64,000 nt of DNA, from assembly GCA_016874975.1 (NCBI GenBank), contig VGSQ01000002.1, positions 98-64,097 on the forward strand. Reading direction: 5' to 3'. Below, piece after piece: positions 1-9,650 of this stretch. This DNA is from Deltaproteobacteria bacterium (GTDB lineage Bacteria; Desulfobacterota; Desulfobaccia; Desulfobaccales; 0-14-0-80-60-11). A model generated the notes under the pieces. That model did not search any database. It was given only the letters and a program-made list of their open reading frames with translations, and had not been told where the DNA came from. The stretch's first letter is position 1, and each line of letters begins with the position of its first letter. The position numbers and the translations under genes are program-made.

Positions 1-260
1 GCACCTCGGCGTGGGCGCAATATTCCGTCCAGAGCGATGACCGGGCCGGATGGTTGGAGAAACTGGCCGCCGCGGGGGTGCCCACGGCCATCTATTACCC
101 GGCGCCGCTGCACCTGCAGCCCGCTTTTGCCTATCTGGGGTATGGCCCCGGCGACTTCCCGGTGAGCGAGCGCCTGGCCGGACGCATCTTCAGCCTGCCC
201 ATGCACCCGTATCTGGAGGAAGGGACCCAGCGGCACATTGTCGAGGTCTTCCTGAGGTAA
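1..260 (+). CDS. DegT/DnrJ/EryC1/StrS-family sugar aminotransferase, C-terminal fragment (5' end outside window)
   Basis: The frame of ORF 54..260 stays open to position 3 (TSAWAQYSVQSDDRAGWLEKLAAAGVPTAIYYPAPLHLQPAF...FPVSERLAGRIFSLPMHPYL), which is the typical C-terminal tail of this PLP aminotransferase family. Flippase and GT genes follow. Confidence 0.8.
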   Translation, partial: TSAWAQYSVQSDDRAGWLEKLAAAGVPTAIYYPAPLHLQPAFAYLGYGPGDFPVSERLAGRIFSLPMHPYLEEGTQRHIVEVFLR

Positions 261-261
261 G

Positions 262-1569
262 ATGGCTTCACCCCTGATCGCCTCGCTGCGCGCCCTGCTG
301 CCCGGCAAGGGGAGCTTCGCGGCGCACGCCCTCACCATGATGAGCGGCACCACCCTGGCCCAGGGGCTGATGATCCTCTCCGCCCCCGTCCTCACCCGGC
401 TCTTCACGCCGGCGGACTTCGGGGTGTTCGCCCTGTTCGTCTCCGTCACCAGCCTCCTGGGGACGGTGGCGGCAGGGCGCTATGAACTGGCGGTGCTGCT
501 GCCCGGCGAAGACGGCCAGGCCGCCAATGTGGCGGCCCTGGGCGCCCTGATCAGCGTGGCCGTGAGCCTCATCTGTCTGGTGGGGGTGGTCTGGGGGGGC
601 GACGCCGCCGCGGCCCTGCTGGGCTTGCCGGGACCGGCCTCCTGGTTCTGGCTGGTCCCGCTGAGCGTGTTGTTCAGCGGCCTCTATCAGGTGGCCACCT
701 ATTGGTGCACCCGTCGCCGGGCCTTTCCGGGGCTGGCCGTCTCCCGGGTGGGCCAGGCCGCAGTGGACACAGCCGGCAAGGTGGGAACGGGCCTGTTTAC
801 CTCCTGGGGGCCCCTGGGCCTCATGGGTGGACAACTGGCCGGGCAGGCCGCGGCTCTGGGGTGGCTCCTCGCCCTGTTTTGCGGTCGGGCGGCCGGCTTT
901 CCCTGGACCAGGCTCGCGGCCGCCGACATGCGCCGTCAGGGCCGCATCTACTGGCGCTTTCCGGCTTATGACAGTTGGGCCATCCTGGCCAACTCGGGGG
1001 CCTACCTGTTGCCGCCGCTGCTGCTGAGCCATTTCTTCGACGCCGCGGTGGTGGGCGCCTATTTTCTGGCCTACCGCGTGCTGAACTGGCCGGTCTTCTT
1101 CCTGAGCGAGTCCCTGGCGCAACTCTTCTTCCAAAGATATGAGGAGAAGCGCAAGACCGGCGGGAAGATGGAGTTTTTATGGCGCATGGTCAAGCTCCTG
1201 GCGGCTCTCTCCCTGGCGCCGGGGCTGTTGCTGTTGCTGTTTGCGCCCGCCCTCTTCGGACTGGTTTTCGGGGCCCAGTGGGTCACCGCCGGTGAATACC
1301 TGCGCCTCATGGTGCCCATCATTTTCTTCCGGCTGGTGGCCTCTCCTTTGAGTTCGGTGTTGTGGGCGGAAGGCCGAAATTCCTGGCAATTGGCCTGGCA
1401 GGCGACCTTCCTGGCGGCCACGGTGGGCTCCTTTTTGCTGGGGGGCCGGGCCGGGGACATACACCAGGCCCTGATAATTTATTCAGGGACCGCTTCGGTT
1501 CTGTATCTCGGTTATATCGGCCTGGTGGTTGCCGCGGCCAAAAAGCCCCGGATGGCGGCAGTTGTTTAA
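262..1569 (+). CDS. Polysaccharide flippase, Wzx-like (MOP superfamily) polytopic membrane protein
   Basis: 435-aa highly hydrophobic ORF. Its start abuts the upstream stop and it sits within a glycosyltransferase cluster. No catalytic motif could be checked by eye. Confidence 0.65.
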   Translation: MASPLIASLRALLPGKGSFAAHALTMMSGTTLAQGLMILSAPVLTRLFTPADFGVFALFVSVTSLLGTVAAGRYELAVLLPGEDGQAANVAALGALISVAVSLICLVGVVWGGDAAAALLGLPGPASWFWLVPLSVLFSGLYQVATYWCTRRRAFPGLAVSRVGQAAVDTAGKVGTGLFTSWGPLGLMGGQLAGQAAALGWLLALFCGRAAGFPWTRLAAADMRRQGRIYWRFPAYDSWAILANSGAYLLPPLLLSHFFDAAVVGAYFLAYRVLNWPVFFLSESLAQLFFQRYEEKRKTGGKMEFLWRMVKLLAALSLAPGLLLLLFAPALFGLVFGAQWVTAGEYLRLMVPIIFFRLVASPLSSVLWAEGRNSWQLAWQATFLAATVGSFLLGGRAGDIHQALIIYSGTASVLYLGYIGLVVAAAKKPRMAAVV

Positions 1570-1763
1570 CACGGCTCCGGCAAGAACCGGCAGGTTCCAA
1601 CGGCGCCGCCAGGCCCCGGGGGCTTTGCTGCACGTCCGGCAGCCGGTGTGGGTGGGGTGGTGACGCTCATTCCCGATTACGACGATTGGCTACTGCGGAC
1701 CTCTGATTCTCATGGACCCCAAATGCGTGCATCCGGGCCGCCATTGGCCGACCCGGCGGAGGC

Positions 1764-2963
1764 ATGGCCGGAAACGGAAACCTCATGGCAGGCCGACCCA
1801 AAAAACTGTTGATGGTCATCTCCACCCTGGAGGGCGGCGGGGCCGAAAGGGTGGTGACCTACCTGTTGCGCTTTCTGGACCGGAGGCGGGTGGCCCCGGT
1901 GCTGGTGTTGCTCCAGGAAAAGATCGACTATGCGCCGGACCTGCCGGCCGATGTAAGGGTTGTTTGCCTCAGCCGGGGCAGCATCCGCAACCTGCCCCGG
2001 CTTTTGCTGGGTCTGGTGCGGGTCATGCGGAAGGAACGGCCCGACCTGGTGGTGTCGTTCCTCACCTTTGCCAACCTGCTCACCATCCTGGCGCACCGGC
2101 TGGCGGGGGTGGAGGCGGGGCTGCTGGTCAGTGAACGCAATCATGTGAGCCGCAGCCTGGACCATGTTCGCCTGGGCGGCGTCAAAAAATTGCTGGTGCG
2201 GCTGCTCTACCGGCGGCCGCACAGGATCCTGGGCGTCTCCCGGGGGGTGTGCCGGGACCTGACGGGTAATTTCGGGGTGGAGGCGGCCCGCTGTCTGGCC
2301 ATCCCCAACCCCTGCGACCTGGAGCGCATCGCCCACCGGTCCCGCCAGCCGGCGGACCACCCCTGGTTTCAGGAGGACCTCCCGGTCTTCGTGGCGGTGG
2401 GCCGGCTGACCCGGCAGAAAAATTATCCGCTGCTCCTCAAGGCCGCGGCCCTGGCCCGGGCCGATGCGCCTCTCCGGCTCATGATTCTGGGGGCCGGGGA
2501 GTTGCGCCGGGAACTGGAGGCGCTGGCCGGATCGCTGGGGATCGCCGACGCGGTGGCCTTCCTGGGTTTCCGGGAGAATCCCTTCGCTTACCTGGCCCGG
2601 GCCCGAGGCCTGGTGTTGTCGTCCTCCTGGGAAGGATTCCCCAACGTCCTGCTGGAGGCCATGGCCCTGTCGGCGCCGGTCATCGCCACCCGCTGCCCCA
2701 GCGGCCCTGAGGAGATCATCACCCACGGGGTGAACGGCCTGTTGGCGCCGGTGGACGACCCGCCGGCCCTGGCCGCGGCGCTGACCCTGCTGGGCACCGA
2801 CGCCGACCTGGCCGGGCGTCTGGGCAAGGCGGGCCGCCTTCGGGTGGAAGATTTTCAGGTGGGGCTCATGGTCCGGGAGTATGAAACAGTCTTTGGCGAA
2901 GCCTGGCGGGGCGCGGCCGGCGAGCCCGCGCCGCTTCAGTCGCCGGGCGAGGTGCGCCCATGA
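1764..2963 (+). CDS. Glycosyltransferase family 4 (GT-B)
   Basis: C-terminal GT4 signature SSSWEGFPNVLLEAMALSAPVIATRCPSGPEEIITHGVNGLLAP. N-terminal LLMVISTLEGGGAERV. The start could also be Met8. Confidence 0.85.
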   Translation: MAGNGNLMAGRPKKLLMVISTLEGGGAERVVTYLLRFLDRRRVAPVLVLLQEKIDYAPDLPADVRVVCLSRGSIRNLPRLLLGLVRVMRKERPDLVVSFLTFANLLTILAHRLAGVEAGLLVSERNHVSRSLDHVRLGGVKKLLVRLLYRRPHRILGVSRGVCRDLTGNFGVEAARCLAIPNPCDLERIAHRSRQPADHPWFQEDLPVFVAVGRLTRQKNYPLLLKAAALARADAPLRLMILGAGELRRELEALAGSLGIADAVAFLGFRENPFAYLARARGLVLSSSWEGFPNVLLEAMALSAPVIATRCPSGPEEIITHGVNGLLAPVDDPPALAAALTLLGTDADLAGRLGKAGRLRVEDFQVGLMVREYETVFGEAWRGAAGEPAPLQSPGEVRP

Positions 2964-4297
2964 TGTTATTCTTAAGTCTCCACCTCCTCGTGCTCATTCT
3001 GTTCTATTGCCTCTGGCGGGTCTTCAGCGAGCGCGAGCGGGGCTTCATCTGGCCCGGCGGCGCTCCGGCGGCGCTCAGCACCCCCCGCGGCTTTGTGCTC
3101 AAGCTGGCCCTGCTGGCCCTGGCCTTGCGTCTCCTCTGCCTGGCGGTCATCATGCTGTTCTTCCCGGAGATGATCGACCGGGGCTCCGCGGTCTACGGCT
3201 GGCGGGACGACCTCACCTACCACGAAGACGCCACGGCCTTCATGCACCTCTGGAAGGGGATGTACGCCACGCCGTCCGAGAAAACGCTCTCCATCGACTA
3301 TCTGGGCTATCCCCTGCTGCTGGCGGCCGTTTATTACGTCACCGGCCCCTACCATGTGATCGGCGTGCTGGTCAACATTCTTTTCGGGGTGCTCACTTGC
3401 ATCATCACCTACCTCCTGGGCCGGGAGACCTTTGACGAAGACATCGGTCGGCAGGGGGCCGTGCTGCTGGCGCTGCTGCCGCTGCACGTCTACATCTGCT
3501 GCTTTACCCTGAAAGACCCGGTGCTGCTGCTGCTCATCGTGCTGGCGATCTATTTCGGCCATAAGGTGATTTTCGGAAAAAAGGCGGCGCTCTGGCTGCT
3601 GCCCGTCTGCCTGAGCCTGGCCGCCATGCTGATCCTCCGCCGGCAGGTGGCCCTGGTTTTGGGGGGCCTCATTCTGGCAGGACTGGTCCTGTCCCGCCCC
3701 TGGCGGGCGGTGAAGCTCGCCCCTCTGGCGGCGGTGCTGATTTTTGCCACCTTCCTGGGGTACAACCATTTTAAAGAATTCACCTTGATGGATTTCTATT
3801 CGGAGGACATCCTGGAGGACCAGCACGAGATGGTCCTCTCCATGCAGGCGATGACTCCCGAACTGGAACAGAAGGGAGGGCTCCTGCTGGCCACGGTGGG
3901 GTACATCCTGCCCTTCCCCACCCTCTATCCCCTGGAGAAGGACTCTGATCCCGCGTATCAGTTGGAGAGCGCCGCCTTCATCTGGAACCTGCTGGCCGGG
4001 CTGTCCCTGGTGGGCGTGCTGCTGTGCTGGCGGCGACGGTTCCGGGACACCTGGCTCATCTGGACCCCGCCCCTGGTCTTCTTTATGGGCCAGGCCCTGA
4101 TGTATTTGGACACCATCCTGGACCTGCGCCGCGGCAAGTTCATGCTCACCCCCTTCGCCTGCCTGCTCGCGGTCTACGCCCTAAGAGAGTGGAAGTCCCC
4201 GGCCCGAAGGCTGTGGTTCTTCATCTACCTGATCATTGTCCTTTTCGGGATGCTGGTGTACACCTATTTTCGGTTGAAAAGCCGAGGAATGATTTAG
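2960..4297 (+). CDS. Polytopic membrane protein, GT-C/ArnT-like glycosyltransferase or polymerase (function uncertain)
   Basis: 445-aa ORF with many predicted TM segments. ATGA overlap with the upstream GT4 gene. Location inside the polysaccharide cluster. Confidence 0.55.
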   Translation: MMLFLSLHLLVLILFYCLWRVFSERERGFIWPGGAPAALSTPRGFVLKLALLALALRLLCLAVIMLFFPEMIDRGSAVYGWRDDLTYHEDATAFMHLWKGMYATPSEKTLSIDYLGYPLLLAAVYYVTGPYHVIGVLVNILFGVLTCIITYLLGRETFDEDIGRQGAVLLALLPLHVYICCFTLKDPVLLLLIVLAIYFGHKVIFGKKAALWLLPVCLSLAAMLILRRQVALVLGGLILAGLVLSRPWRAVKLAPLAAVLIFATFLGYNHFKEFTLMDFYSEDILEDQHEMVLSMQAMTPELEQKGGLLLATVGYILPFPTLYPLEKDSDPAYQLESAAFIWNLLAGLSLVGVLLCWRRRFRDTWLIWTPPLVFFMGQALMYLDTILDLRRGKFMLTPFACLLAVYALREWKSPARRLWFFIYLIIVLFGMLVYTYFRLKSRGMI

Positions 4298-4315
4298 GGG
4301 CCACCCGGAGGGCAG

Positions 4316-5512
4316 ATGACCAACCACCTGGTGGTTTTCCTGGATGAGCTTTACACCCGGGTGGGCCGGCGCTATTATGGCCGGCACGCTACCCTGCTCT
4401 TCGTGTTGCAGTTGGCGCAGCATTTCGACGCCGCCACCCTGATGGTCAATGTTCGGGACCAAGGCGCCCCCGGGGCGGACGAACCCCTGGTGGCCGACCT
4501 GTCCGACTCGCGCCTGGAGGTGGTGGAGCTCCCCCCTTACCGCTCCCTGGCCGGCAGCCTCGCCAAGCTGCCGGCGGTGGCGGGCACCTTTTGGCGGCGG
4601 CGCCGGGAGATCGACTCGGCCCGGACCGTCTTTATCCGCGTGCCCTCTCTCATGGGCCTGCTGTTTGGGGAGTTTTGCCGACTCCGAGGCCGGGACCCCT
4701 GGTATCACGTCTGCGCCAACCTGGAGACCCAGGCCAACCCCATACGCCGGGGCGGCTCGGGTGAGGGGCTCTGGAAGATACTGGCCCGAAGTCTCAGCCT
4801 GCTCCAGCATGTTGCCGTCCGGGGCCTCCGCATGTCGGCGGTGGGCGCCGAACTGGAGGAGAAGTTCTCCAGGGGCGTCCCCCTGGTGCCCCGTCCCCGC
4901 GCGGTGTTTAACCATTTTGAGTCGCTGCTGGGGGAAGCCATGCTGTTCCGCCGGCCGGACACCTGCCGGGGACCGGAAATCAGGCTGTTGCGGGTCTGCC
5001 AGCTGGACCACTCCAAAGGCATGGAAGTGCTTCTGCCTGCCGTTCGCATCCTGCGGGAGCAGGGCCTGCCCGTGAGACTGGAGGTGGTGGGCGGGGGCGC
5101 GCCGGATTATCTGCGGCGGCTCAAGGACCTGGCGGCGTCCCTGGGATTGACCCCCGTCACCACCTGGCTGGGGCCTTTGACCTATGGCGACCTGCTGCGG
5201 ACCTACCGGGAGGCGGACCTCCAGGTGCTCTCCTCCTGGGGGGAAGGCCTGCCCCGGGTCATCCTGGAAGGCTGGGGGTCCTGCCTCCCCCTGGTCAGCA
5301 CCGCGGTGGGAGGCATCCCCCGCCTGGTGACCCACGAGGAGAGCGGCCTGCTGGTGCCGCCCGGCGACCCGGAGGCCCTGGCCCGGGAAATCGCCCGGCT
5401 CATCCGGGACGGGGAGTTGCGGCGCCGACTCATCGCCCGGGGCTTCGCCCTGGCCCAAGAATATTCCCAGGAACGCCAGACGGCCCGGCTGGCGGCGTTG
5501 TTGCGTGCATGA
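4316..5512 (+). CDS. Glycosyltransferase family 4 (GT-B)
   Basis: SSWGEGLPRVILEGWGSCLPLVSTAVGGIPRLVTHEESGLLVPPGDPEALAREI matches the GT4 C-terminal nucleotide-sugar binding region. Confidence 0.85.
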   Translation: MTNHLVVFLDELYTRVGRRYYGRHATLLFVLQLAQHFDAATLMVNVRDQGAPGADEPLVADLSDSRLEVVELPPYRSLAGSLAKLPAVAGTFWRRRREIDSARTVFIRVPSLMGLLFGEFCRLRGRDPWYHVCANLETQANPIRRGGSGEGLWKILARSLSLLQHVAVRGLRMSAVGAELEEKFSRGVPLVPRPRAVFNHFESLLGEAMLFRRPDTCRGPEIRLLRVCQLDHSKGMEVLLPAVRILREQGLPVRLEVVGGGAPDYLRRLKDLAASLGLTPVTTWLGPLTYGDLLRTYREADLQVLSSWGEGLPRVILEGWGSCLPLVSTAVGGIPRLVTHEESGLLVPPGDPEALAREIARLIRDGELRRRLIARGFALAQEYSQERQTARLAALLRA

Positions 5513-5546
5513 GGTCTTGACAATTTTTCTTAATGCAAAGGAGCTG

Positions 5547-6059
5547 ATGATGATTCGCCGACTTCTTCTCCTGAGCGCCGGCTGTATGGCGGCGCTGGCC
5601 CTGAGCCTGCCGGCCCCGGCGCCGGCCGCCCCCGGCTGGCTCACCTACAAGGGGGCCTGGTTCGACATCAAGCACCCCCAGGGCTTCGTGGTGCGGGAAT
5701 CCCTCCCCAGCGCCACCTCCACCCGGGGTTATGACAGCGTTTTTTTCACCTCTCCGGACGGTCTGGTGGAGTTTTACGTCTACTCCCCGCAATGGAGCGG
5801 CGAGCCCACCGACATCCTGCCCAACCCGCTCATGGAAGTGGTCACCGACCGCAAGGAGCAGCGGGGCAAGGACCGCACGGTGCTTTTTCTCACCCTGAAG
5901 GCCAAAGACGGCAGCTATTGGCGCTCCCTGGCCGACACCCGGACCGTCCACAACACCCGCACGGTTTTCGGCATCAAATACCTGAACATGGCCGGGTATG
6001 AGAAATACCGCCCGGATTACCTGCGCTTCAAGCAGTCCCTGAGGCAGTATGCCGATTAG
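5547..6059 (+). CDS. Secreted hypothetical protein
   Basis: AAGGAG RBS at 5538-5543, tandem ATGs at 5547/5550, signal peptide MMIRRLLLLSAGCMAALALSLPAPAPA. I recognise no family. Confidence 0.6.
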   Translation: MMIRRLLLLSAGCMAALALSLPAPAPAAPGWLTYKGAWFDIKHPQGFVVRESLPSATSTRGYDSVFFTSPDGLVEFYVYSPQWSGEPTDILPNPLMEVVTDRKEQRGKDRTVLFLTLKAKDGSYWRSLADTRTVHNTRTVFGIKYLNMAGYEKYRPDYLRFKQSLRQYAD

Positions 6060-6888
6060 CGCCTCCCCTCCTCTCCGGTGGCGCCTGCTGCTGCGCCTGG
6101 TCTTGGCCGGCCTGGCCGGGCTCTTCCTGGGAGCCCCGGCCGGGCCTCTGCAGGCGCAGGACCTGGTGGAATCCCAGGGCATACGGTTTCGCCTCATCTC
6201 CGGCGGCGCGTATCAACTGGGCAGCCCGGCCGGCGAGGCCGGCCGCTACGCCCACGAAGCCCCGCCCTACGCCGTTGCCCTCAGGCCTTTCTATCTGGCC
6301 GAGACGGAAACCACCAACGCCCAATACGCCCGTTTCCTTCAGGCTACGGGCCACCCTGCGCCTCTCTACTGGAAAGATAAAAAGCTGAACGCCCCCTCCC
6401 AGCCCGTGGTGGGCGTGACCTGGAACGACGCCCAGGCCTTCGCCCGGTGGCTCACCCGCAAGACCGGGGTCACCCATCGCCTGCCCACCGAAGCGGAGTG
6501 GGAGGCCGCCGCCCGGGGGGGCCTGGCGGGCCAGCCCTACCCCTGGGGCGGGGAAGCCCCCGACGCCGGCGGCCGGTTTCGCGCCAACTACAACCCGGGG
6601 AATTTCGCCGCCGACGGGTTCGCCACCACCGCCCCCGTAGGCTCCTTTCCCCCCAACGGCTATGGCCTCTATGACATGGCCGGCAACGTGGCCGAGTGGT
6701 GTCAGGACCAGGTCCGGACTCCCGCCTTCGGCGGTCCCTTCGGCCGGGGGGAAGTCCGTCTCCTCAAGGGGGCCTCCTGGTACTCCCGGGCCCGGGACCT
6801 GCGCTGCGCCGCCCGCCAGTTCGCCCCTCCCGCCAGCGCCGACGGTTTTATCGGCTTTCGGGTTGTCAGGCTCCTTCCCGGCCAATAA
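6049..6888 (+). CDS. Formylglycine-generating enzyme (SUMF1/FGE-sulfatase) domain protein, exported
   Basis: Signal peptide plus family motifs GVTWNDAQAFARWL, RLPTEAEWEAAARGG, YPWG, GLYDMAGNVAEWCQD, KGASWYS, GFRVVR. Confidence 0.85.
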   Translation: MPISASPPLRWRLLLRLVLAGLAGLFLGAPAGPLQAQDLVESQGIRFRLISGGAYQLGSPAGEAGRYAHEAPPYAVALRPFYLAETETTNAQYARFLQATGHPAPLYWKDKKLNAPSQPVVGVTWNDAQAFARWLTRKTGVTHRLPTEAEWEAAARGGLAGQPYPWGGEAPDAGGRFRANYNPGNFAADGFATTAPVGSFPPNGYGLYDMAGNVAEWCQDQVRTPAFGGPFGRGEVRLLKGASWYSRARDLRCAARQFAPPASADGFIGFRVVRLLPGQ

Positions 6889-6894
6889 TTTTGC

Positions 6895-6924
6895 TTGACA
6901 TGTATAAACGTAATCGTGTATAGA
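6895..6924 (+). promoter_or_regulatory. Candidate sigma70-type promoter of cooS with overlapping imperfect palindrome
   Basis: TTGACA (6895-6900), 18-nt spacer, TATAGA (6919-6924), in an AT-rich patch 50 nt upstream of the cooS ATG. The spacer contains TGTATAAACG-TAAT-CGTGTATAGA (8/10 symmetric). Confidence 0.35.
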
Positions 6925-6974
6925 CATGAATAGATGATAATAAAATTTTTATAAGGTAATAAAAAGGAGCAGTT

Positions 6975-9002
6975 ATGGCCGATTTAGAGAAGCTGACCAT
7001 GGACGAAGCGGCGCAGGCGATGCTCAAGAAGGCGGCTGCCGAGGGCATTGAGACCATTTTCGACCGCGCCGAGAAGATGAAACCCTGCCCCATCGGCATT
7101 GAGGGGGCCTGTTGCCGCATTTGCGCCCAGGGTCCCTGCCGGGTGCCCATGCCCAAGAAGAAGGCGGGCGAGGAAGCCCCGGCGGAGAAGAAGGCCCGCA
7201 TGGGTCTGTGCGGCGCCACCGCGGAGACCATCGTGGCCCGGAACTTCGCCCGCATGGTGGCGGCTGGTTCGGCCAGCCACAGCGACCACTCCCGGGGGGT
7301 GGCCAAGCTGTTCATCGAGGTGGCCCAGGGGAAAGCCCAGGGTTACGAGCTCAAAGACGTCACCAAGCTCAAGGCCGTGGCTAAGGACTGGGACGTGGCC
7401 ACCACGGTGGGCGAGGGCGAGGACGCCAAGCCCCGGCCCAAGAACGAGATCGCCCTGGAGCTGGGTCGGAAGATTCTGGCCGAGTTCGGGCAGCAGGACG
7501 GCGAGATCAACTACGTGAAGCGAGCCCCCAAGAAGCGTCAGGAAATCTGGCGCAAAGAGGGCGTGGTGCCCCGGGGCGTGGACATTGAGGTGGTGGAGCT
7601 GATGCACCGCACCCACATGGGGGTGGACCAGGACTACAAGAACCTCATCAAGCAGTCCACCCGCTGCGCCCTGGCGGACGGCTGGTCCGGATCCATGATC
7701 TCCACGGACCTGCAGGACATTATGTTCGGCTGCCCGGTGCCGGTGGCGGGCGAGATCAACCTGGGGGTGCTCAAGGAAGACCACGTCAACGTCATCATGC
7801 ACGGCCATGAGCCGCTCCTGCCCGAGATGCTGGTGGTGGCCTCCCGGGAGCCGGAGCTGATCCAGTACGCGCAGTCCAAGGGCGCCAAGGGCATCCAGTT
7901 GGCGGGCATGTGCTGCAGCGCCAACGAAGTGATGATGCGCCACGGGGTGCCGGTGGCGGGCAACTACCTGCACCAGGAGCTGGGCATCATCACCGGTGCG
8001 GTGGACGCCATGGTCATCGACGTACAGTGCGAGATGCAGTCTCTGGCCAACGTGGCGGCCTGCTATCACACCAAGGTGGTGACCACCGACACCCGGGCCA
8101 AGATCGAAGAGCATCCGTCCGTGGTGCACATCGAGTTTGACGAGCACCACGCCCTGGACGTGGCCCGGCAGGTGCTGCGCACGGCCATCGACAACTTCCC
8201 CAACCGGCGGGCGCCGGTGATGATCCCGGCGGCCTCCACCCCCACCATCGTGGGCTTCAGCTACGAGACCATTCGCTACCTGTTGGGCGGCTCCATCCGG
8301 GGCACCTACTACACCCTGAACGACAACGTCATCGGCGGCCGCATCCGGGGCGTGGCCGGCGTGGTGGGCTGCAACAACTGCCGCACCACCCAGGATTCCA
8401 GCCACATGACGGTGATCACGGAGCTGTTGAAGAACGACGTCATCGTCTTGAGCACGGGCTGTGCGGCCATGGCCGCGGGGAAATACGGGCTGCTCACCCC
8501 CGAGGCGGCCACCAAGTACTGCGGTCCGGGTCTGGCGGAGATCTGCGAGACGGTGGGCATCCCGCCGGTGCTGCACATGGGGGCCTGCGTGGACAACTCC
8601 CGCATTCTGATGGCGGCCACGGCCTGCGTCAAGGCGGGGGGCCTGGGCGCGGACATCAGCGACCTGCCCGCGGCGGGCTGCGCGCCGGAGTGGATGAGTG
8701 AGAAAGCCATCGCCATCGGCCAGTACTTCGTGGCCTCGGGCGTGTACACCCTGTTCGGGGTGACCTTCCCCACCACCGGCTCCGAGATCCTGACGGACTA
8801 CCTGTTCAAGGGTCTGGAGGACGTGTACGGCGGCAAGTGGGACTTTGTGGCCGACCCCGAGGAGATGGCCAGGCGCATGATCGCCCACATCGACAAGAAG
8901 CGGGCCGCGCTGGGCATCGACAAGGCCCGGGAGCGGGTGCTCTACGACATGGCCATGCGCCGGGAACTGGAAGAAGCCGCCCGCGCCGCGGAAGAGGTCT
9001 AA
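6975..9002 (+). CDS. cooS: Anaerobic carbon-monoxide dehydrogenase catalytic subunit
   Basis: AAGGAG RBS. 675 aa with CODH cluster-ligand motifs CPIGIEGACCRICAQGPCRV, HGHEPLL, GMCCSANE, GVVGCNNC, and HMGACVDNSR near the C-terminus. Confidence 0.95.
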   Translation: MADLEKLTMDEAAQAMLKKAAAEGIETIFDRAEKMKPCPIGIEGACCRICAQGPCRVPMPKKKAGEEAPAEKKARMGLCGATAETIVARNFARMVAAGSASHSDHSRGVAKLFIEVAQGKAQGYELKDVTKLKAVAKDWDVATTVGEGEDAKPRPKNEIALELGRKILAEFGQQDGEINYVKRAPKKRQEIWRKEGVVPRGVDIEVVELMHRTHMGVDQDYKNLIKQSTRCALADGWSGSMISTDLQDIMFGCPVPVAGEINLGVLKEDHVNVIMHGHEPLLPEMLVVASREPELIQYAQSKGAKGIQLAGMCCSANEVMMRHGVPVAGNYLHQELGIITGAVDAMVIDVQCEMQSLANVAACYHTKVVTTDTRAKIEEHPSVVHIEFDEHHALDVARQVLRTAIDNFPNRRAPVMIPAASTPTIVGFSYETIRYLLGGSIRGTYYTLNDNVIGGRIRGVAGVVGCNNCRTTQDSSHMTVITELLKNDVIVLSTGCAAMAAGKYGLLTPEAATKYCGPGLAEICETVGIPPVLHMGACVDNSRILMAATACVKAGGLGADISDLPAAGCAPEWMSEKAIAIGQYFVASGVYTLFGVTFPTTGSEILTDYLFKGLEDVYGGKWDFVADPEEMARRMIAHIDKKRAALGIDKARERVLYDMAMRRELEEAARAAEEV

Positions 9003-9175
9003 GGATAAACGGCTGAGGAATGCCTGGAGGAGGGGCTCAGGGTAAGAGGTTTTTATCTCCCCCCGACCCCTCCGCCCGGGCGGCATGGGCTTCCGGCCCA
9101 TGTCTTCGGCAAGACTGGTCAACGCGGCATCGCTCACCGTCGGCAACCGGGATAGAGCCAAACCAGGGACAGGAA

Positions 9176-9212
9176 GGGCAGGGATCGGACGTCCCTGCCC
9201 TTTTGTCTTTTT
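9176..9212 (+). terminator. Rho-independent terminator downstream of cooS
   Basis: GGGCAGGGA-TCGGACG-TCCCTGCCC stem-loop followed by TTTTGTCTTTTT. Confidence 0.6.
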
Positions 9213-9431
9213 CCCGCCTCTGTCCGGCAGCCGCGCCTGAGCCTGCGAGGCTCTCTCCAGAAGGATGAAAAGCTGTGGTGGCGCAGGCTCCCAGCCTGCG
9301 TGGGTACATCCGGGGGCGGGTGTCATCCAGAGGGCGCGCCGTGCACGCCCAGGTCTTTTCATGCTTTGCGGGTGAGCCTCGGGCTCATGCGCGATTTTCT
9401 CAAGGGCGCCCGGCCCTTAACGACGACGGCG

Positions 9432-9650
9432 TCACCTGGCCCCGGCCCTGGGTTTGGGGGTGGCCGGAGGGGCGTTGGTCTGCATTTTGGTGGCGCCGCT
9501 CTGGTTGGCGGCCTTCTGGGGCGTCTTGCTGCCCTGGTCCCGCCATTTGGGGTCCAGAGGTTTGGCGGTCCGCAACTGGCCCCAGGCCGGCTCCGCGCCC
9601 AGGAAGGCGCCCAGGCTCAGGAGCACCAAGAAGATTCTGAAGTGTCGCAT
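9432..9650 (-). CDS. Small secreted protein (72 aa), hypothetical
   Basis: Internal Met of ORF 9432..10124, preceded by a GGGAGG RBS. Signal peptide MRHFRIFLVLLSLGAFLGAEPAWG. The upstream part of the long ORF looks non-coding. Confidence 0.45.
   Translation of the reverse strand: MRHFRIFLVLLSLGAFLGAEPAWGQLRTAKPLDPKWRDQGSKTPQKAANQSGATKMQTNAPPATPKPRAGAR

Noticed and set aside
4181-5644. 487-aa minus-strand ORF over the second GT4 gene
   Set aside because: Antisense shadow of a well-supported glycosyltransferase, with the same biased composition and no family motifs.
6984-9362. 792-aa ORF on the minus strand spanning all of cooS
   Set aside because: It is antisense to a gene with unambiguous CODH motifs. 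Its translation is Arg/Gly/His/Pro/Ala-rich low-complexity sequence with no RBS or recognisable domain. This is a typical stop-codon-poor shadow frame in GC-rich DNA.
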